Shown here: piece by piece, positions 36,770 to 51,067 of the stretch | Layout of the letters: the number at the start of each line of letters is the position of its first letter | Numbering within the stretch: the first letter of the stretch is position 1 | From: Gnetum montanum | Taxonomy: Eukaryota > Plantae > Gnetophyta | Reading direction: 5' to 3' | DNA: 64,000 nt | Assembly: GCA_015680685.1 (NCBI GenBank) | Contig: MNCI01002855.1 | Span: forward strand, 140,328-204,327 | Made by a program: the position numbers and the translations under genes | The notes under the pieces: generated by a model | The model's input: only the letters and a program-made list of their open reading frames with translations | The model's database searches: none | Told to the model about the DNA's origin: nothing

Positions 36770-39700
36770 TAATGCTGACATCAGACTATAGTTGTATCCC
36801 TGAATGATCAATCACATGATGTTCATAAGGCACATAATGTCATAGCATAGATACATGAAACACCTCATGTACATGTGCTAAATGAGGAGGTAATGCTATC
36901 TAATAGGCCACTCTCCCAATTCTCTGCAACATTGAAAAGCACCAATGTAGCTAGGAGCCAATTTCCCTTTTCGACCAAATCAGGTAAGGCCCTTTAAGGA
37001 AGAAACACACAAAAAAACATGATTCTCAACCGCAAACTCCAATGGCCTTTGATGCCAATTAGCATATGCCACTTGCCTATATTATGCAGCTCTTAATCTT
37101 TCTCAAATCTCACAAACTTGCTTTGTAGTCTATCTCACAAATCTGTGCTCACTTGCTAATAATCTTCTATGGTATCCTAGCATAAAGGTGTTCTACATGA
37201 CCTACCATATAAAATCTCATATGGTGCTACCCACAAACTCTTTTGATAACTATTATTTATATGCAAATTCAGCTAATGCTAGCATCTGATCCCAATCATC
37301 TCTATATTGTAAAGCATAGGCTCTTAATATGTCCTTGAGAATTTGATTCACCTACTCAGTCTAACCATCAATTTGTGGATGATATGCCGAACTCATATTC
37401 AGCTTTGTATCCATTTACTTCTAAAATGCCTACTAAAAACATGACATGAATTGAGCATCTCTATCACTAACAATCCATTGTGGCACCCTATGCAACCGCA
37501 CTATCTTTACAAGAAAGAGATGTGCAGTTTCTACTGCACTCACTGATGCTCTTGTGGCAAGGAAATGGAAAAACTTTATCAACAAATCAACAACTACCAA
37601 TATTGCATCATGGCCACTGCGAGCTTGTGGAAGACCAACAATGAAATCCATACCAATAGCATCCCATTTCCACTAATGAGTATTGTGGAAATGCAAATAT
37701 CCCCTAGGCCTCTGATGCTCTATTTCACTTACTAGCAAATTAAACATCGAGACACATATTCCCCTATGTTCCTCTTCATACCTAGCCAACAATACACCCA
37801 TCATAAAGTTTGGTACATCTTCTGACTACCTAGATGCATTTGGTATATGCTCATGTGGGCCTCATCCATTAACTATAATTGTAGACCTTTTAGAACACAT
37901 ACTTGACCATCCCTTTGTAGCAATCCATGAATATCCATAGAGAGCAGTCCATCAAAGGTGATTTGTTGCCTCAATTCTTGACACCATGGATCATGTCGTT
38001 GTTTCTCTCATATCTATCCTTGTAAATCTGATTGGATTTTCAAGCTATTAAGCTTACTCGCCACCCTACTCAAAGCATCAGCTACTTTATTAGTCTTTCT
38101 AGGCTTATATTTAATAGTGAAATTAAATTTAGCAAGTAGGTCTATCCATCTACATTATCGTAGGTTTAATTGCAGCTAACTCATAAGATATGAAGGCTCT
38201 TATGGTTATTTAAAATAGTAATTTGCTTTCCATATAGATAATGCTACCAAATCTTCAATGCAAAGATCACAACACCCAACTCTAGATCATGCATGGGATA
38301 TCTAATTTCATGTGGCCTTAATTGACAAGATGCATACACCACAACCTATCCATCTTGCATTAACACACAACCAAATCCATCGCCTGAAGCATCAGTACTA
38401 ACATCATATGGATGTCATGGTATAAGAGATATTAGCACTAGAGCAATTGCCAATCTATGCTTCAACTCTTCAAATGTAGCCTAACAAGCTAGGCTCTAAG
38501 TAAAGTTAGTCTCCTTCCTCAACAATTGAGTCAAAGGAGATGTTATGCAAGAAAAATGTTTCAAAAACCTCTAGTAATATCTTACTAATCCCAAGAAGCT
38601 TCACACATCCACTACTGATTGAAGCATAGGTAATCATGCACAATTGCAATCTTTGCAGGATCCATAGAGATACTAGCTCTTGACAACACATGTCCCAAGA
38701 ACTAAATCTCTAACTACCAAAATGAACACTTGGATGGCTGATCATACAGTTGGTACTCCCTCAAAGTTTGTAAGACTATTGGCAAGTGCTCTACATGCAA
38801 TTGCTCATCAAGAGAATATACTAAGGTATCATCTACAAACACAATCACAAACTAATCTAGGAATGGTTGCATTACACTGTTCATGAGGTGCATGAAAAAT
38901 ATTGGTGCATTTGTCAATCCAAATGGAAGCATCAAAAACTCATAATGGCCATATCATGTTCTAAATGTTGTCTTTGACACATCCTATTCACGAACTTGTA
39001 CCTGATGATACCCAGATTTGAGATCAATCTTGGAGAATACATGAGCTCCTCAAAGTTGATCAAACAAGTCATCAATGCATGACAAAGGATATTTATTTTT
39101 CACATTCACCTATTTTAGCTACTTTTAATCTATGCATAGTCCCAAACTTCCCTACTTCATTTTAACCAATAGCATTAGTGCACCCCATGGTGATGCACTA
39201 GGGTGAATGAGACCGTTGTCTAGCAATTCCTGCAACTGGATCTTTAGCTCTGCTAGCTTTATGAGAGACATCTTGTATGGAGTCTTTGAAATACATTTGG
39301 TACTAGGTTTAAGTTTGATTTTGAACTAAATGTCTCACCTTGGTGGCAAACCTAGTAATTCTAACTGGAAGACTAGAAAATTCTTAAACCACAGGAATAT
39401 GATCTATCTCCACCATATCTATTTTATATATTGTAGCTACAAAGCATTCATGACCTTTTTGAAGCATCCTATGATACATGGAAGAGGAGATCAAATCTAA
39501 GCACACAGTCCCTGGATGGGTTTATACCTCAATTGGAGCACCATTGATTGATTGTAGTCTTCAAAGCTTTTTTAGACAATCCAAACTAGCATTGAACTAC
39601 GACAACCAATGCATCCCAAAAATTACATCATATACCCCAAGATCCATAACATGCAAATCACTAACCCACTACACACCTTTCAATTCTATAAGCACACCTA

Positions 39701-42270
39701 TACACACTTGAACAACTTGAGTTTCATGAACCCCAATAGAAGATACTATCAACCCAAGAGAAACAGAATGACATACAAGAGCTACATGATGTGCAACCAT
39801 AGGATCTAAAAATGAATGGCTAGTACTTGGATCAAATAAAATCAACAAATCAAAGCCCAAAATCATACCTTCCAACTCCATCACTATGTTTGATTGCACA
39901 TCCAATGGCTAGTCTATTAAAGCATACTTCCATCCTTGAATCCTCTAGTTCCCTCTTCTTGGCTCAGTGATCGATGTTCCACGATCACTCTAAATGGAAG
40001 GTTGTTTTCCTTGATCCCTACCTCCTCCACCATTGCTTTCATGTTTCGAGCACCCCCTAACACAGTGTCTTGGCTACCCACATACAAAATAATTCTGGTA
40101 ATCCCTCTACAGATGGCCAGGCTACCCGCATATATAATAAACAATCAATCCACAACTAGCTCCAGTAGTAGGACCACGAGTTGGTGTTGGGCACTCTCCT
40201 TCATGCCCATGAGCTTTCTTAGAGGGTCCAAACATCTCTTTGAATGTTAGTCCTCTCTTCTGTCCTTGTCACCTCTCTCTACGAGTTGCACCTTCTTGTT
40301 GACTCCTCTCTAAATCCATGGCTACTACTCTAGCCTCATCATAAGATGTTAATTTGAGGGGTAGTAGGTAGTACTTCAAAGATGTCCTTAAACCTTGAAC
40401 AAATTTGTTCCCCTATGCTTGAGCATCTATTTGCATTTGTGGTACATAACTACTAAGTTATGAGAAACAAGCATCATACTCCACCACAGACCAACTACCT
40501 TGATGCAAACAATAGAACTCATTCTTCTTGGCCTAAGAATATTGGGTAGACACATAACATGCTTTGAAAGATGTGAAAAAATCATCACATGCCACCTCTT
40601 GGCTAGTCCATCCCTTGGCTTACTCTTCAGTCATCCACCAACATCAGGCAGTACCAAGCAACTGATAAATTGCCAAGCTAGTTTGCTAAATTAATGAATA
40701 GGCCATCAAATCAAAAGCCTTTTGTAATTCCTCTACCCATTCTATAGCTATAGTAGGATCCTCAGTGCCATCAAATATAGGATCCTTAATGCCATCAAAT
40801 TTAGGAGGTCCCAACTATTGACCTTTTGGTATGTTAAAACCTTAAGGAAAATTGAGAAAAATAATGTTTATGTGATTTTTATGTTTATAGGACAAGAACA
40901 TGGAGATCACAAGGAGAAGCTCAAAGAAGAAAGGCATCTACAGGATCTCAAGGAAGCATGAGGTAGTTCAAAGAACATGGACAAGGAACAAAGACTTCAA
41001 AGCTCAACTTCAAAGCTTAACTATAATTAATTGTAGAAAAGGTGTCTCCATGAAACAGTAAAAGTCTTCCATCAAGTGAAGATGTCTCTCAACAATAGTA
41101 GACGTCTTGGTTGAGTTGAAGGATGCTTAGAATAGGAAGATGTCTCCCTCATGAAGTACATGTGTTGGCTGAGTTAAAGGACGCTTAGAAGAAGACGTCT
41201 TCCTTGTGGAGAATATGTCTCCCAAATGGAATTCTAATACAAAAGACATCTCTATCTTGAAGAATATGTCTCCAGTGACCATTAGATAGTCATTGCACAA
41301 ATTCTGAGGTGATTTTGGAAACATCTAGGATATAAAAAGACTTCATTCTCTTAGAAAAATGGCAAGTGTTGAATGCAAGCAAGTGTTAATATTAAGTAAT
41401 CATTGTGTAACTTATCCTATTGTATTTTTGTGCCTCATTATGCTATCTTTTGTACTAATGTAAGAGATCTATTGTATTATACCTCAAAGTGCAAGGACCT
41501 ACAAGTTTTTTTGCATCCTTTTCTTCTAATTTTTGTTTCTCTTTTGTTACCTTGTAGGGTTGATGTGCTTCTTGTGGGAAGGCATCGTTCTTGAGCTTAT
41601 TGATGTAGTGCCACAATACTTCGGAGCAAAGCTCAAGTTTTAAAAGCTTTGGGATCTTGGAAACCACATTCTAAGCTTGTTGGTACCTTGTGGAGTTGAG
41701 TGGATTCATGACATTGAATCACTCTAGAGCAAAACTTAGATCTGTATAGGGTGTGGTACCCTTCAAACAACATTTTTATAGGAACAACTTTTGGAGGTGT
41801 GCTTGCGATCTATCCTCTGAATGTGGGCTACCCAAGTTGGGGAACCATGTTAAATTTGGTTGTGATCTTTGTGGCTGAAAATTTTTTTTGTATAACTTAT
41901 TCATCATTCCCTTATAGGTTCAATGATCCTCACCAACTTTTAAATTTGCTCTACTAGTTCCCTATTGATAGGTTGCCTATTTGATTCTTTTGAGCATCCA
42001 CTACCACTACCACTTTCCACTTTCTTGACTATGGGAACAGAAGCATCACTAGCTACAACATGCTACTGTAAGATTTGTAATAGTTGTTGTATACGATCTG
42101 GTTGACTATTTTTAGGACCACTGCTAGATGTTTGAGGAGGTTGCTCCAACCCATCATTAGGCCCTTTTTATTTGTGGGTCTAACCAACATCATGGCCATG
42201 CCTACTATACATATCTATAACTTGAAATCACAAATGGATGATTACCTCAAACATCAGACAACATTGGAGT
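36770..42270 (-). pseudogene. pol: Tekay-type gag-pol, degenerate; gag interrupted by a solo LTR
   Basis: gag KLGPPKFDG..DP, protease LFDPSTSHSF, RT FSKIDLKSGYHQ...PFGLTNAP...VFVDD, integrase MDFIVGLP...IVSDRD, and GKLAPSYIGAF...VHEVFHVSML. It is joined to LTR sequence at ~36765, before any chromodomain. Confidence 0.92.
40816..41932 (+). mobile_element. Solo LTR (SIRE-like), TSD CCAAC
   Basis: CCAAC at 40811-40815 and 41933-41937; removing the insert restores the Tekay gag motif. Repeated palindromic AGA(C/T)(G/A)TCT motifs lie before a TATA box, and the end reads TATTCATC..CCC...CA. The SIRE assignment is inference. Confidence 0.85.
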
Positions 42271-45200
42271 AAACTAGCTCTAATACCACAATGTAACACC
42301 CTGCCTTAGCTAGGGTAAGGTGATGCTTAGGATCACTAGTAATCTTACAATGGAAGCATGATAAACTAAAAGCTAATGATGTGTAGAAATATGTTATATT
42401 AAGGAAGATCAAACTGCACAACAAACCATGCTAACCCAAAAATTAAACATACATGTTGATTTATAAAATTTCATGTCTCTACATAATCAAACAATCTACA
42501 GTGCTAAGTTTGAATGCCTGTTACTGCATGCATGACCACACACAATCATATGTGTGTTCGCCATGTCCTTGACCAGTAAGGCACTGGATTGGGATCATGC
42601 ACTTCCCAGGGCCTCCATTTCCTCTTTGGAGGATTTTCTTAGCTAATTCTTCATTCACTTCAAGTATAACTTGAAGCACAAGGCAACCCTGGACTAGCTA
42701 ATGCAAAATAAGTAGGGCCACTTAGAGCCTATGCAAAAATTCATACAATGTTGGAGCACATAGATCAACAAAATCCATGATCCCATTGTGGAAACACACC
42801 TACTGGCAATTTTCAAGAGTGTAGTGAATGACTTTATTAAGTTAAAGCTATACTATTTAGCCCCAAAATCCTTAAGCCAAGCATTTGCTCAAACCAAGAG
42901 CATTCAAGATGTAGTAGAGGCCAACAAGGACTTGTCCTACATGGCCTACAAGAACTTGCATGTCAAAAAGGATAAGGACAAAGGCGAACAGGCAACCACA
43001 ACCATGGCAATGGTGGCCAACAAGGCCAAGCCAACCAATGCTAAACCACCAGCCAAGCCACCCAAGGCCCTAGCTAATAACAAGGCTTCTAGCCCTAGAA
43101 TTGCAATAAGCAACCAACCTACAACATTGGTAGCCATGGGGCAAGCTACCCCAAGGTCAAACTTTGAGTGCAAGGACTGCTCAAAGTAGACACAGTTACC
43201 ACTCAAGCTGTTAGAACTCCTAGACCAATTGCTTAAGGCTGGAAGAATCTAGTACAAGCAGATGTCCAAGGATGCTTGTAAGCGACATGATAGGTACTGT
43301 GAGGTCCTTAGGAATCCCTTGGCTATAGCACCAAACAAGCCTCTGGTCCCTAAACATTTCAGGCTATACTGATTTTGCCACTATCATCAATTACCCAGGC
43401 ATGACATAGACTTCTACATGGCTCTACAAGATGACATCTAGCACATGATTGATTGGGGTAAGTTGGTTCTTGATGCCACCAACCTAGTTTGCCCCCAAAA
43501 TCAATCAATGAGGATCTACAAGGACCCTTTGAATGTAGGTGGTGCAGCATACATCATCAATGCTATCAACATTGATGGCAACTTAGAATCGGTGCAGGAG
43601 CCATTCGTGGTTCTTGTGCCCTCTAGGAACACTAGGGCCTCCTTGACATCCACCAATTTGAGGATCCCTTTTGTTATTAGAGCATCACCTCAATCACTCA
43701 CAACATCCTTTGTGATCAAGGTCCTATAGCACATTACAACAACAATAGCCCAGTAACCCTTTGTTCTTAGGATTCCATAACATGTAGACTCCTCACCTAC
43801 TCGAAGTCTAATGGTGGACCATGCATCAACCCCTACATGTCCAAGGGATCATCCTGCAAGCAACACTGGTAAAACATCTAAGTGGTAACTTGGGAGGCCT
43901 AGTGAGCACCTCGTTGAAAAAATGATTAGGTAGCACCAGGAGCAAAAAGAGCTGGGTTCATCGAAGCCCATCCCCTTGCCCACCATCCCCATGGCCAAAT
44001 TAATTAAGAAGGCCACCACAAGCAACTAGCAACCAAGCATTGAGGCTCCTAGGCAAGTAAGGCAAGCCAAGCCCAAATCTCCTTCATGAGAGATTCATCT
44101 TTTGGGCTGCATGAAGGAGATGAAAGCTAATAAAACAATAGATAGTGGCAAAGACTTTCTAGACACATTAGCTTAGGTCAAATAGGCTTTAAAATAGAAG
44201 AACACAATGTTAAGCCTATACAACCTGATCATGACCTCCTCTGCCCATCGTGAAGCACTGGTCCGGATCTTGACCTCCATTCCTATTATGGAGAACATCC
44301 CAACTAATGAACAATCCATCCATGCTATGATGCTTTCCCCTACACCATAGGAATCGAGCTCAACACTCCTGTTGTTCTGTAATGAGGTGATCAAGGTTGA
44401 CACTAAGAAGGGTTAGGTTATTACTGCACCAATGTTTATCACAATTCACATTGGGCAATGCAAAATCTGAAGGATGCATGTTGATGATGGGTTTGCAACC
44501 AACATCATCCCATATATCATCATTAATAAGCTAGGTCTTTTTGACTAAATAAAACTCACAAAGATAACATGCTTGAAGTCTTTCAATGAATCATGCATTG
44601 TTGTAAGCGGAATGGTCACAATAGCCTTCATGGCAAGGGAGCAATTCCCCACCATTGTAGAGTTCATCATAATTGAAGAGATGCTTGTATTCAACTTGAT
44701 CTTGGGTAGGTCGTGGTTGGCCTAACTGCGGGCCGTCTCTTCTCCTATTCACCAAGAAATCCACCTTCCATACAGAGGTGGTGAGGTTATCATTTATAGT
44801 GATAATGCAGCCCCTTTGGCCATCAACAATATAGACTCAGAATAAGGGTTAGAGGTGGATTTCTCCTATGACGTGCCTCCCATAAAGGACGAGGGTGAAA
44901 CATGTGAGGTAGACTAACCCGAGGGACCAAAGGGAGCCAACGACCTCCTGGAGGATGCTTTGTGGGGCAAAATTTCCCTTCGACATAGTTGATGAAGGTC
45001 AAGGTGAGTACTGCATAGTACCATCTAGGCCCTACATGCTACCTAACCCACACTAGATTAGGAAGCAACTATGCAACTAAGGCACCCCCTTAGTCCAACG
45101 TGCACTAGGTGCCTACTTGCTCTTCACTTCTGCATACCTTGCATGCTTGCATCTTGTTTGCACATTTATGTTTAGCTTGGTTGTTTGCATTTTGCATTTT

Positions 45201-48200
45201 TTTCTTTGTTACGGATTTATTTTCTTTGTTTGTGCATTTTTGATTAGTTTACGCATATGCTTATTTAGTTTACTCTTTACCAGTTATTAGCCTATGCATG
45301 AAAAACATGAAAATACATAAAAATTATAAAAACTAAAACTACAAAAATGTGTGGCCCACCATGGCCTAAAACTAGCAATCTCCCTTACATCACATGGCCC
45401 AAAAAGGCCTTAAACTAGCACATGACTTGCCATGGCCCTAAATTGGCATTGCATGGCTTGCCACAGCATAAAACTGGCAACACTTTTCCTTCTATCGCAT
45501 GGCTTGAAAAGGCCTTAAACTACCACTAGGGCCCAATGTGGCCTAGAACTGGCCCAAAATGGCCTAAAACTATCATTGTGGCCTAGAATGGCCTTAAACT
45601 AGCATCGACCCTCTTGCAAAATGGCCTATCCATCTTACCATCACACAATCATATCATTGCGTAATCATAACTTAGTACAACAATCCATCGCAACATCAGC
45701 ACAATAAACACATAACAAATAATCGCAAAAGTTACATACTCCATATAGCAAACACAATCATTACATGCCATCTCACATCAATAATAGTACATAGCATAAG
45801 CATCAATACCATGTTGCAAAAAATACACAAAAATGCCCAATAGTAGAGCTACATTAGAACATGCTTAACCAATGGTACTAGGCAGAGGTGGGGGTGCTTC
45901 TTCCTCCACTACGCCACTAGGTCCTACAGCATCGCCTAGTGCTTGCTACAACAACAAAAAAACAACAAACAATTAGTAAGCAAATGTACAATATACAAAC
46001 TAACATGAAAAAGTAATAAAAATAAACAAACAAAAAACTAACCTGAGAGGATCTTACAACGATCATGTCTAGAGGCAAATTATCAAGGCCCTCTTCTAGG
46101 CGTTAGAGGATCTTGACCTTAGATAGTCATGTCCAGTCCTCCTAGCCAGAGTCAATCCCTACAAGGTCTTGCATTTATCCACAATGGTCCATGCGAGTGG
46201 CTCCATCGAAAATGTAGAAGATGAAGCCTCTCCTGAGGGGGTGACAATTTGCCTCTCCAAAGAACCACTCACCATGATATGATGAGTGAACAACTTGTAG
46301 GCTCGTCTCTCACCAATTGCCTCAAGGAACAACTCAAGCAACAACATTCAACAGACTCCTCCTTGTACCACTTAAGGTACACATCTCACTCATTCTTATA
46401 GTGGTGCTTGTGGTTCTTTTGGGTCTACCCCCACATGTACACCTTTTTACTATAACTTTTCTAGTCCTAGTTCTTTTGGGTGAGTAGATCCATTTGGAGT
46501 TGCTACTCCATAATCTCTTGGGTTACCTTATTTTTACCCTAGATGGTTGACCAGTACCTAGCATAGTCTATCTCCATGGTCCACCAAGTATTGTCTCCCT
46601 ATGAGCAAGCTACTAAAAATTCATAATGGAACTGAAGGTACCCTATCTTTGTGTCTTGGCTTATCACCCTCTCTTGGAGCTTGTGAACACACTTCCATAG
46701 GTGCTCATTTGAGTGCCTGCAGAGCCATAATGCTTTTGTAGAGGAAAGCACACATTTGCTCACTGCCTCATATATACAACGAGGCACCTACTTCACTTTA
46801 GGAGGGGACTCAGGGATGATGTCCACTTTGGCCATCCTTCTCAGATCCCAGTGAAGCTTAGAACCTATTCACATATAATTAGCAAATTAACTTTAGCCAC
46901 AAACTAAGCTTTCAATCAGTAAGGCATCAAAGCAAAGCAAAATCACACACATACTGAGCTCAGGATTGGTCTACTGTAGGTGGTCAACTATGTCCTCCAT
47001 GATGCCTTCCATGAAGGCAAACTTGTCAAGCATGTCTACCCATGGCTTCATGTGGTAGGTAGACATCTTATCACTAGCGAGCACATCTGAGGCTGTAACA
47101 CAACAATGCACTTAATAACAACTGAATAGCCAAAGATTCTAGAGCAAAAGAGCAACAATAGATGATAATTTAAGGCACCTACCTAACAATCCCTTAGGTG
47201 CAAGAGCAAGGGGGTCACCTAGCTATGGGCCATCAAAAAGGTGATCAAAATCACCCTCATCAGGGTGGAATAACCCCTCCTCCTCCAACTGTTGGAGGGT
47301 CTGTATGGCCTTACACAGTTCCTCCCCACACACTCCTCCCTCCTTAGCTTGAGGAGGGACCTCCTCTACTACTACTTCCACTGCTGCTCAAGTAGCCCTC
47401 TCTCCTAATTTTGACAATTTAAAATATAATGCCTTAGCACATATTAGTCACATTAGCACATTAGTATAACATAGTAGAAAAATATAAAAATATAAACATG
47501 AAAAATTACAAAAAATTGACGCATCTGATAAAGTACGTATACTAACCTGTAACCTTTGTGCTTAAACCATGAAGCTTAAGGTGGATTTTCTTGCCACTTG
47601 CTTTTCCAACCTCAAGAGCAACCTCCTCTATAAGGCATGGCCTCTTGATCTTCACCTTGGATAATCTCCTTGTCTCTGTAATATAGCAATTTGCCTTGTT
47701 CACGTTCCCAGTTCCAACTGGGGGACCCTTGCCTATGTTGTCATGTGAATAGTGTGACTACCCCAAGAGACCTTTGGTCATTACTGAATATGACTCATCG
47801 ATCTCCTTTAGGGGGTTTTGTGCACAATTTGTCGTGAACATATGCTTAACCTAAGGCTTCGACAGCTGCTCACAATCCTATATGACCTATCACTAATTAT
47901 CACGTACCAGTAAGAGCTTCGTAAACCTTTGCAAATACCTTGTGAAGAATGCAAAGTATACGTGAGACTTGGCCTGGAGGTTGAAGCGTAGCTTAGTGAT
48001 CTCTACATGCAAGCCAGTGGCAATGTACAAGGCCTAGTTGAATCTCATGCCCTCTTGCAACACCTCTCTCATCACCTGTGCTTGCCCACATCAAGGATTT
48101 TTCCTTGGAAGAGCAACTTTGAGAAGGCATGAGCATAGAATAGAGAGTAGAGCTCCTAAACCTCAAGCACAAGCACATCTTTAATTGGGATGCCCTTGTG

Positions 48201-49196
48201 AGATCGAGTGGCCCCAAACTAGTCCTTAGTCTCTCCTTTATGGTCCACCTCTCTATTAGCCTTATCAATGACCAATGGACCATCAGTGGGGGTGCCAAAG
48301 AGGTTAGCAAATAAGGCCTCATTAAGTTCTAGAACTACCCTCACATTGCATACTTGGTGACAAGATGTCAGATGTCAATGCTGAAGGAGTCTATGATGGT
48401 GACCATTTCAGCCACTGGAATGCTTGGGCTAAGGGCCAAGAAAAGGTCCATCAACCTAGCACGTGTGAGCCTACTGGTCAGCTCATCTGAGGCCTAGTGG
48501 CACAACCAATGCTACACACCCTCTACATCATCATATTTCATGATGAGGATGGCCTTAGTGTAGCCTATGGTGACCATCGTCACCTCTCCTAAAGTAATCG
48601 TCGCTGTAATAAAGACAAAAACAATGTTAACACCATGGAATGGAAAATCAATAAGCATATGTGAGCAAGCAAAATAACTAAATAGTAAATGCTTACATGA
48701 TACAAATGGAGTGCAGGATGGAGGTGGTGGTGTAAGCATCTTCTCAATATTAATCTCACCACTAGCCCATTCCTCATGTAGCCAATCATGGATCTTGCAC
48801 TGCTCGAACGCCCTTAGGTATTGCGTAGGGTAGGACCCTAGATCAACTCCCACCTACTCAAGTATAGCCTCCTAAAAGTTTGGGCTAGACGACATTACCT
48901 CTAGGATGGTATGAGTTAAGGCAAGAGCATCCCTCTCGTTGTGTAGACCCTGCTTGTCAACTCTAAATCTGGCAACAAGCATGAGTAGTTAGCAACTTAG
49001 CGTGAGCCAATAGTAAAGAACATGACAAAAAAAACCATAAGAGTACTCATCCTCCGACATAGTATATAGTTCTAGGTGGGTTCTAGGACAAAGTGTGCAC
49101 AAACAGAGAGCAATAAAGAGGATGTTGCTCTTATTGTAATAAGAGAACTCTGGCATTTGCCAAATACTGAATAAAGGTCAAGCGCTCCTAGAACCT
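41077..49196 (+). repeat. Right copy of composite segmental duplication
   Basis: Colinear with 11763-26549 and continuous with its surrounding elements on both sides. Confidence 0.93.
45340..45630. repeat. Degenerate tandem array in 3' region of Ogre/Tat element
   Basis: Recurrent TGGCCT(A/T)(A/G)AACTAGCA units; second copy at ~22950-23430. Confidence 0.75.
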
Positions 49197-49511
49197 CTAC
49201 CTGAACCACCTACTCCATCATCATCAGTAGTAGGCTCATTGGACATGAACCTCAAAATGCCCTAGTTGGCCCTAGGCAGTAACATCTCTATGATGACGTT
49301 GGCAGCCTCCATCGCTAAGTGTGACCACATCATCACACTAAAGTATTGGAGTAGGAACTCTATGAACTCACGTGCCCCTAGGTGAAACCACACTACCTAA
49401 TGACCTACACACGTATAGTGTGCAGGCGTGTTGGGAACAGGCTCACTCATGCAGCAAAGAATGCCAACGAGCTCCATGACAACTAGGATGGGCTTCAATA
49501 GCACTTTACAA
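45850..49511 (-). pseudogene. Antisense multi-exon gene of unknown function inside the Ogre/Tat element (partial second copy ~23570-26549)
   Basis: Coding-like blocks (e.g. EGMRFNWASYIAIGLHEEITKL) are separated by six AT-rich 82-142 nt introns with GT-AG ends; one donor is mutated in this copy. Many stops. Confidence 0.7.
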
Positions 49512-51067
49512 CTGCAAAGCAACAAAACGAAGAATTAGCATACACACATTAGATGCAAATTTTGACAAAATATATTAAATTTAACTTAGCAAAATTAGCA
49601 TAACATGTCATCCATTAGCAAAAATATCCTAAGGCCCCTTGGGCCCCATGGTTATAGGACATTAACACACACATTTGATGCACCTGGTACTCACTAGGGT
49701 ATGGCATGCTTTGCATAAGATTAGCATTTTTTTCTACATGTTCGCACATTTAGCACTATCATTGTTTGCATGTTTTACTAGTTTAGCATTGTTACGGTTT
49801 GTAGGTTTAGCATTTTTTGCAAGTTTAGCATTGTTAGCATTAGGGCATCTTACAAGTTTAGCATTAAGTGTAATGTAAAAATTTTTCAAGTTTTTCTAAT
49901 TCTGGACAACATAGTCCAGAATGTTGCAAAATTTTTTCTAACTCTGGGTTACCTCTAAGAGTGTAGTCCAGAAACACTGTAATTCTTTTAAACTCTAGAT
50001 CACCCTAACTACACTTTGGAAGACTGGGGAGCATAGTCCTAGACTACCAAAAATTCTAATCCTTGACTATGCTCCCATAGAGTGTAGTCACAAAAAAAAT
50101 AACTGTTGGACAAGCCATTTCGGTAAATACTAGGCATCAACTACACCACCAAGATGGGAGCGTAGTCCTAGCCATGGCTAGTGAGAACCAAGGTTTGGCT
50201 ACCATCCCAATGCTCTCTCCATGCACCATGTCCTGCTACGGTGACATGCACTACTTACGCCCTACACAGCCCGCATCCTCCATCGTCTCAAGGAAAAAAT
50301 GCACACTGGGTGCCTACCGTGGTTGTAGTCCTTGTGGCTGTGCCACCTAACACCCACTAAGACTATGGTCCCTATGGTCATGCCACCCACACTGACAGCA
50401 CTACCCTGCACCATGCCTCAACTCTACCTACTACTACAACTTGTAATTTTTAACAAAAAAAATGGTAGAAATCCTCTGTTGCGCCATCCCCCTCCTCATC
50501 TATCTACAGTCTACATCTCATGGGTGGGGTGGGGACATTGTAATCCCAGAATGGAATTCCTATCATTGGGAGAGGCCTTTAGAACATTTGCAACATTACC
50601 ACCCCTTGGCATTTTGTTGATCTTTCGAGGCTCTCGTCATCGGTGCCTCCTCTAGGTGGCACTTATAGCATTATGGCCCCACCATTTTGCTAATTTTTTA
50701 GGCTCTTGCCATTGCCGGAGCTCTCAAACACCTACATCATCATCACCTCCCATCATTTTCCTAATCTTTTTGGACACTTGCCACTAGTTTGGCCTCTGGA
50801 ACATTTGCAGCATTCTCACCTCAACACCTTTATTGGCCTCACAAACACTTACAACTGGCTTAGTTGCTATAGCATTTGCAACACCCTCGCATCTAGCAAC
50901 TTACTTACATCTCATGTTTTATGGTTGTTTTCTTGCCTTTTCTGAGTTATGTTTGTAGGATGAAGCCCTAGGTCATTGTGTAGAGACACATCCCATCATA
51001 GCAACAAGTTATCACATTACTCTGATGTGCATGATTGGACTAGCCAAGCCACTTAAGAGTGCATATC

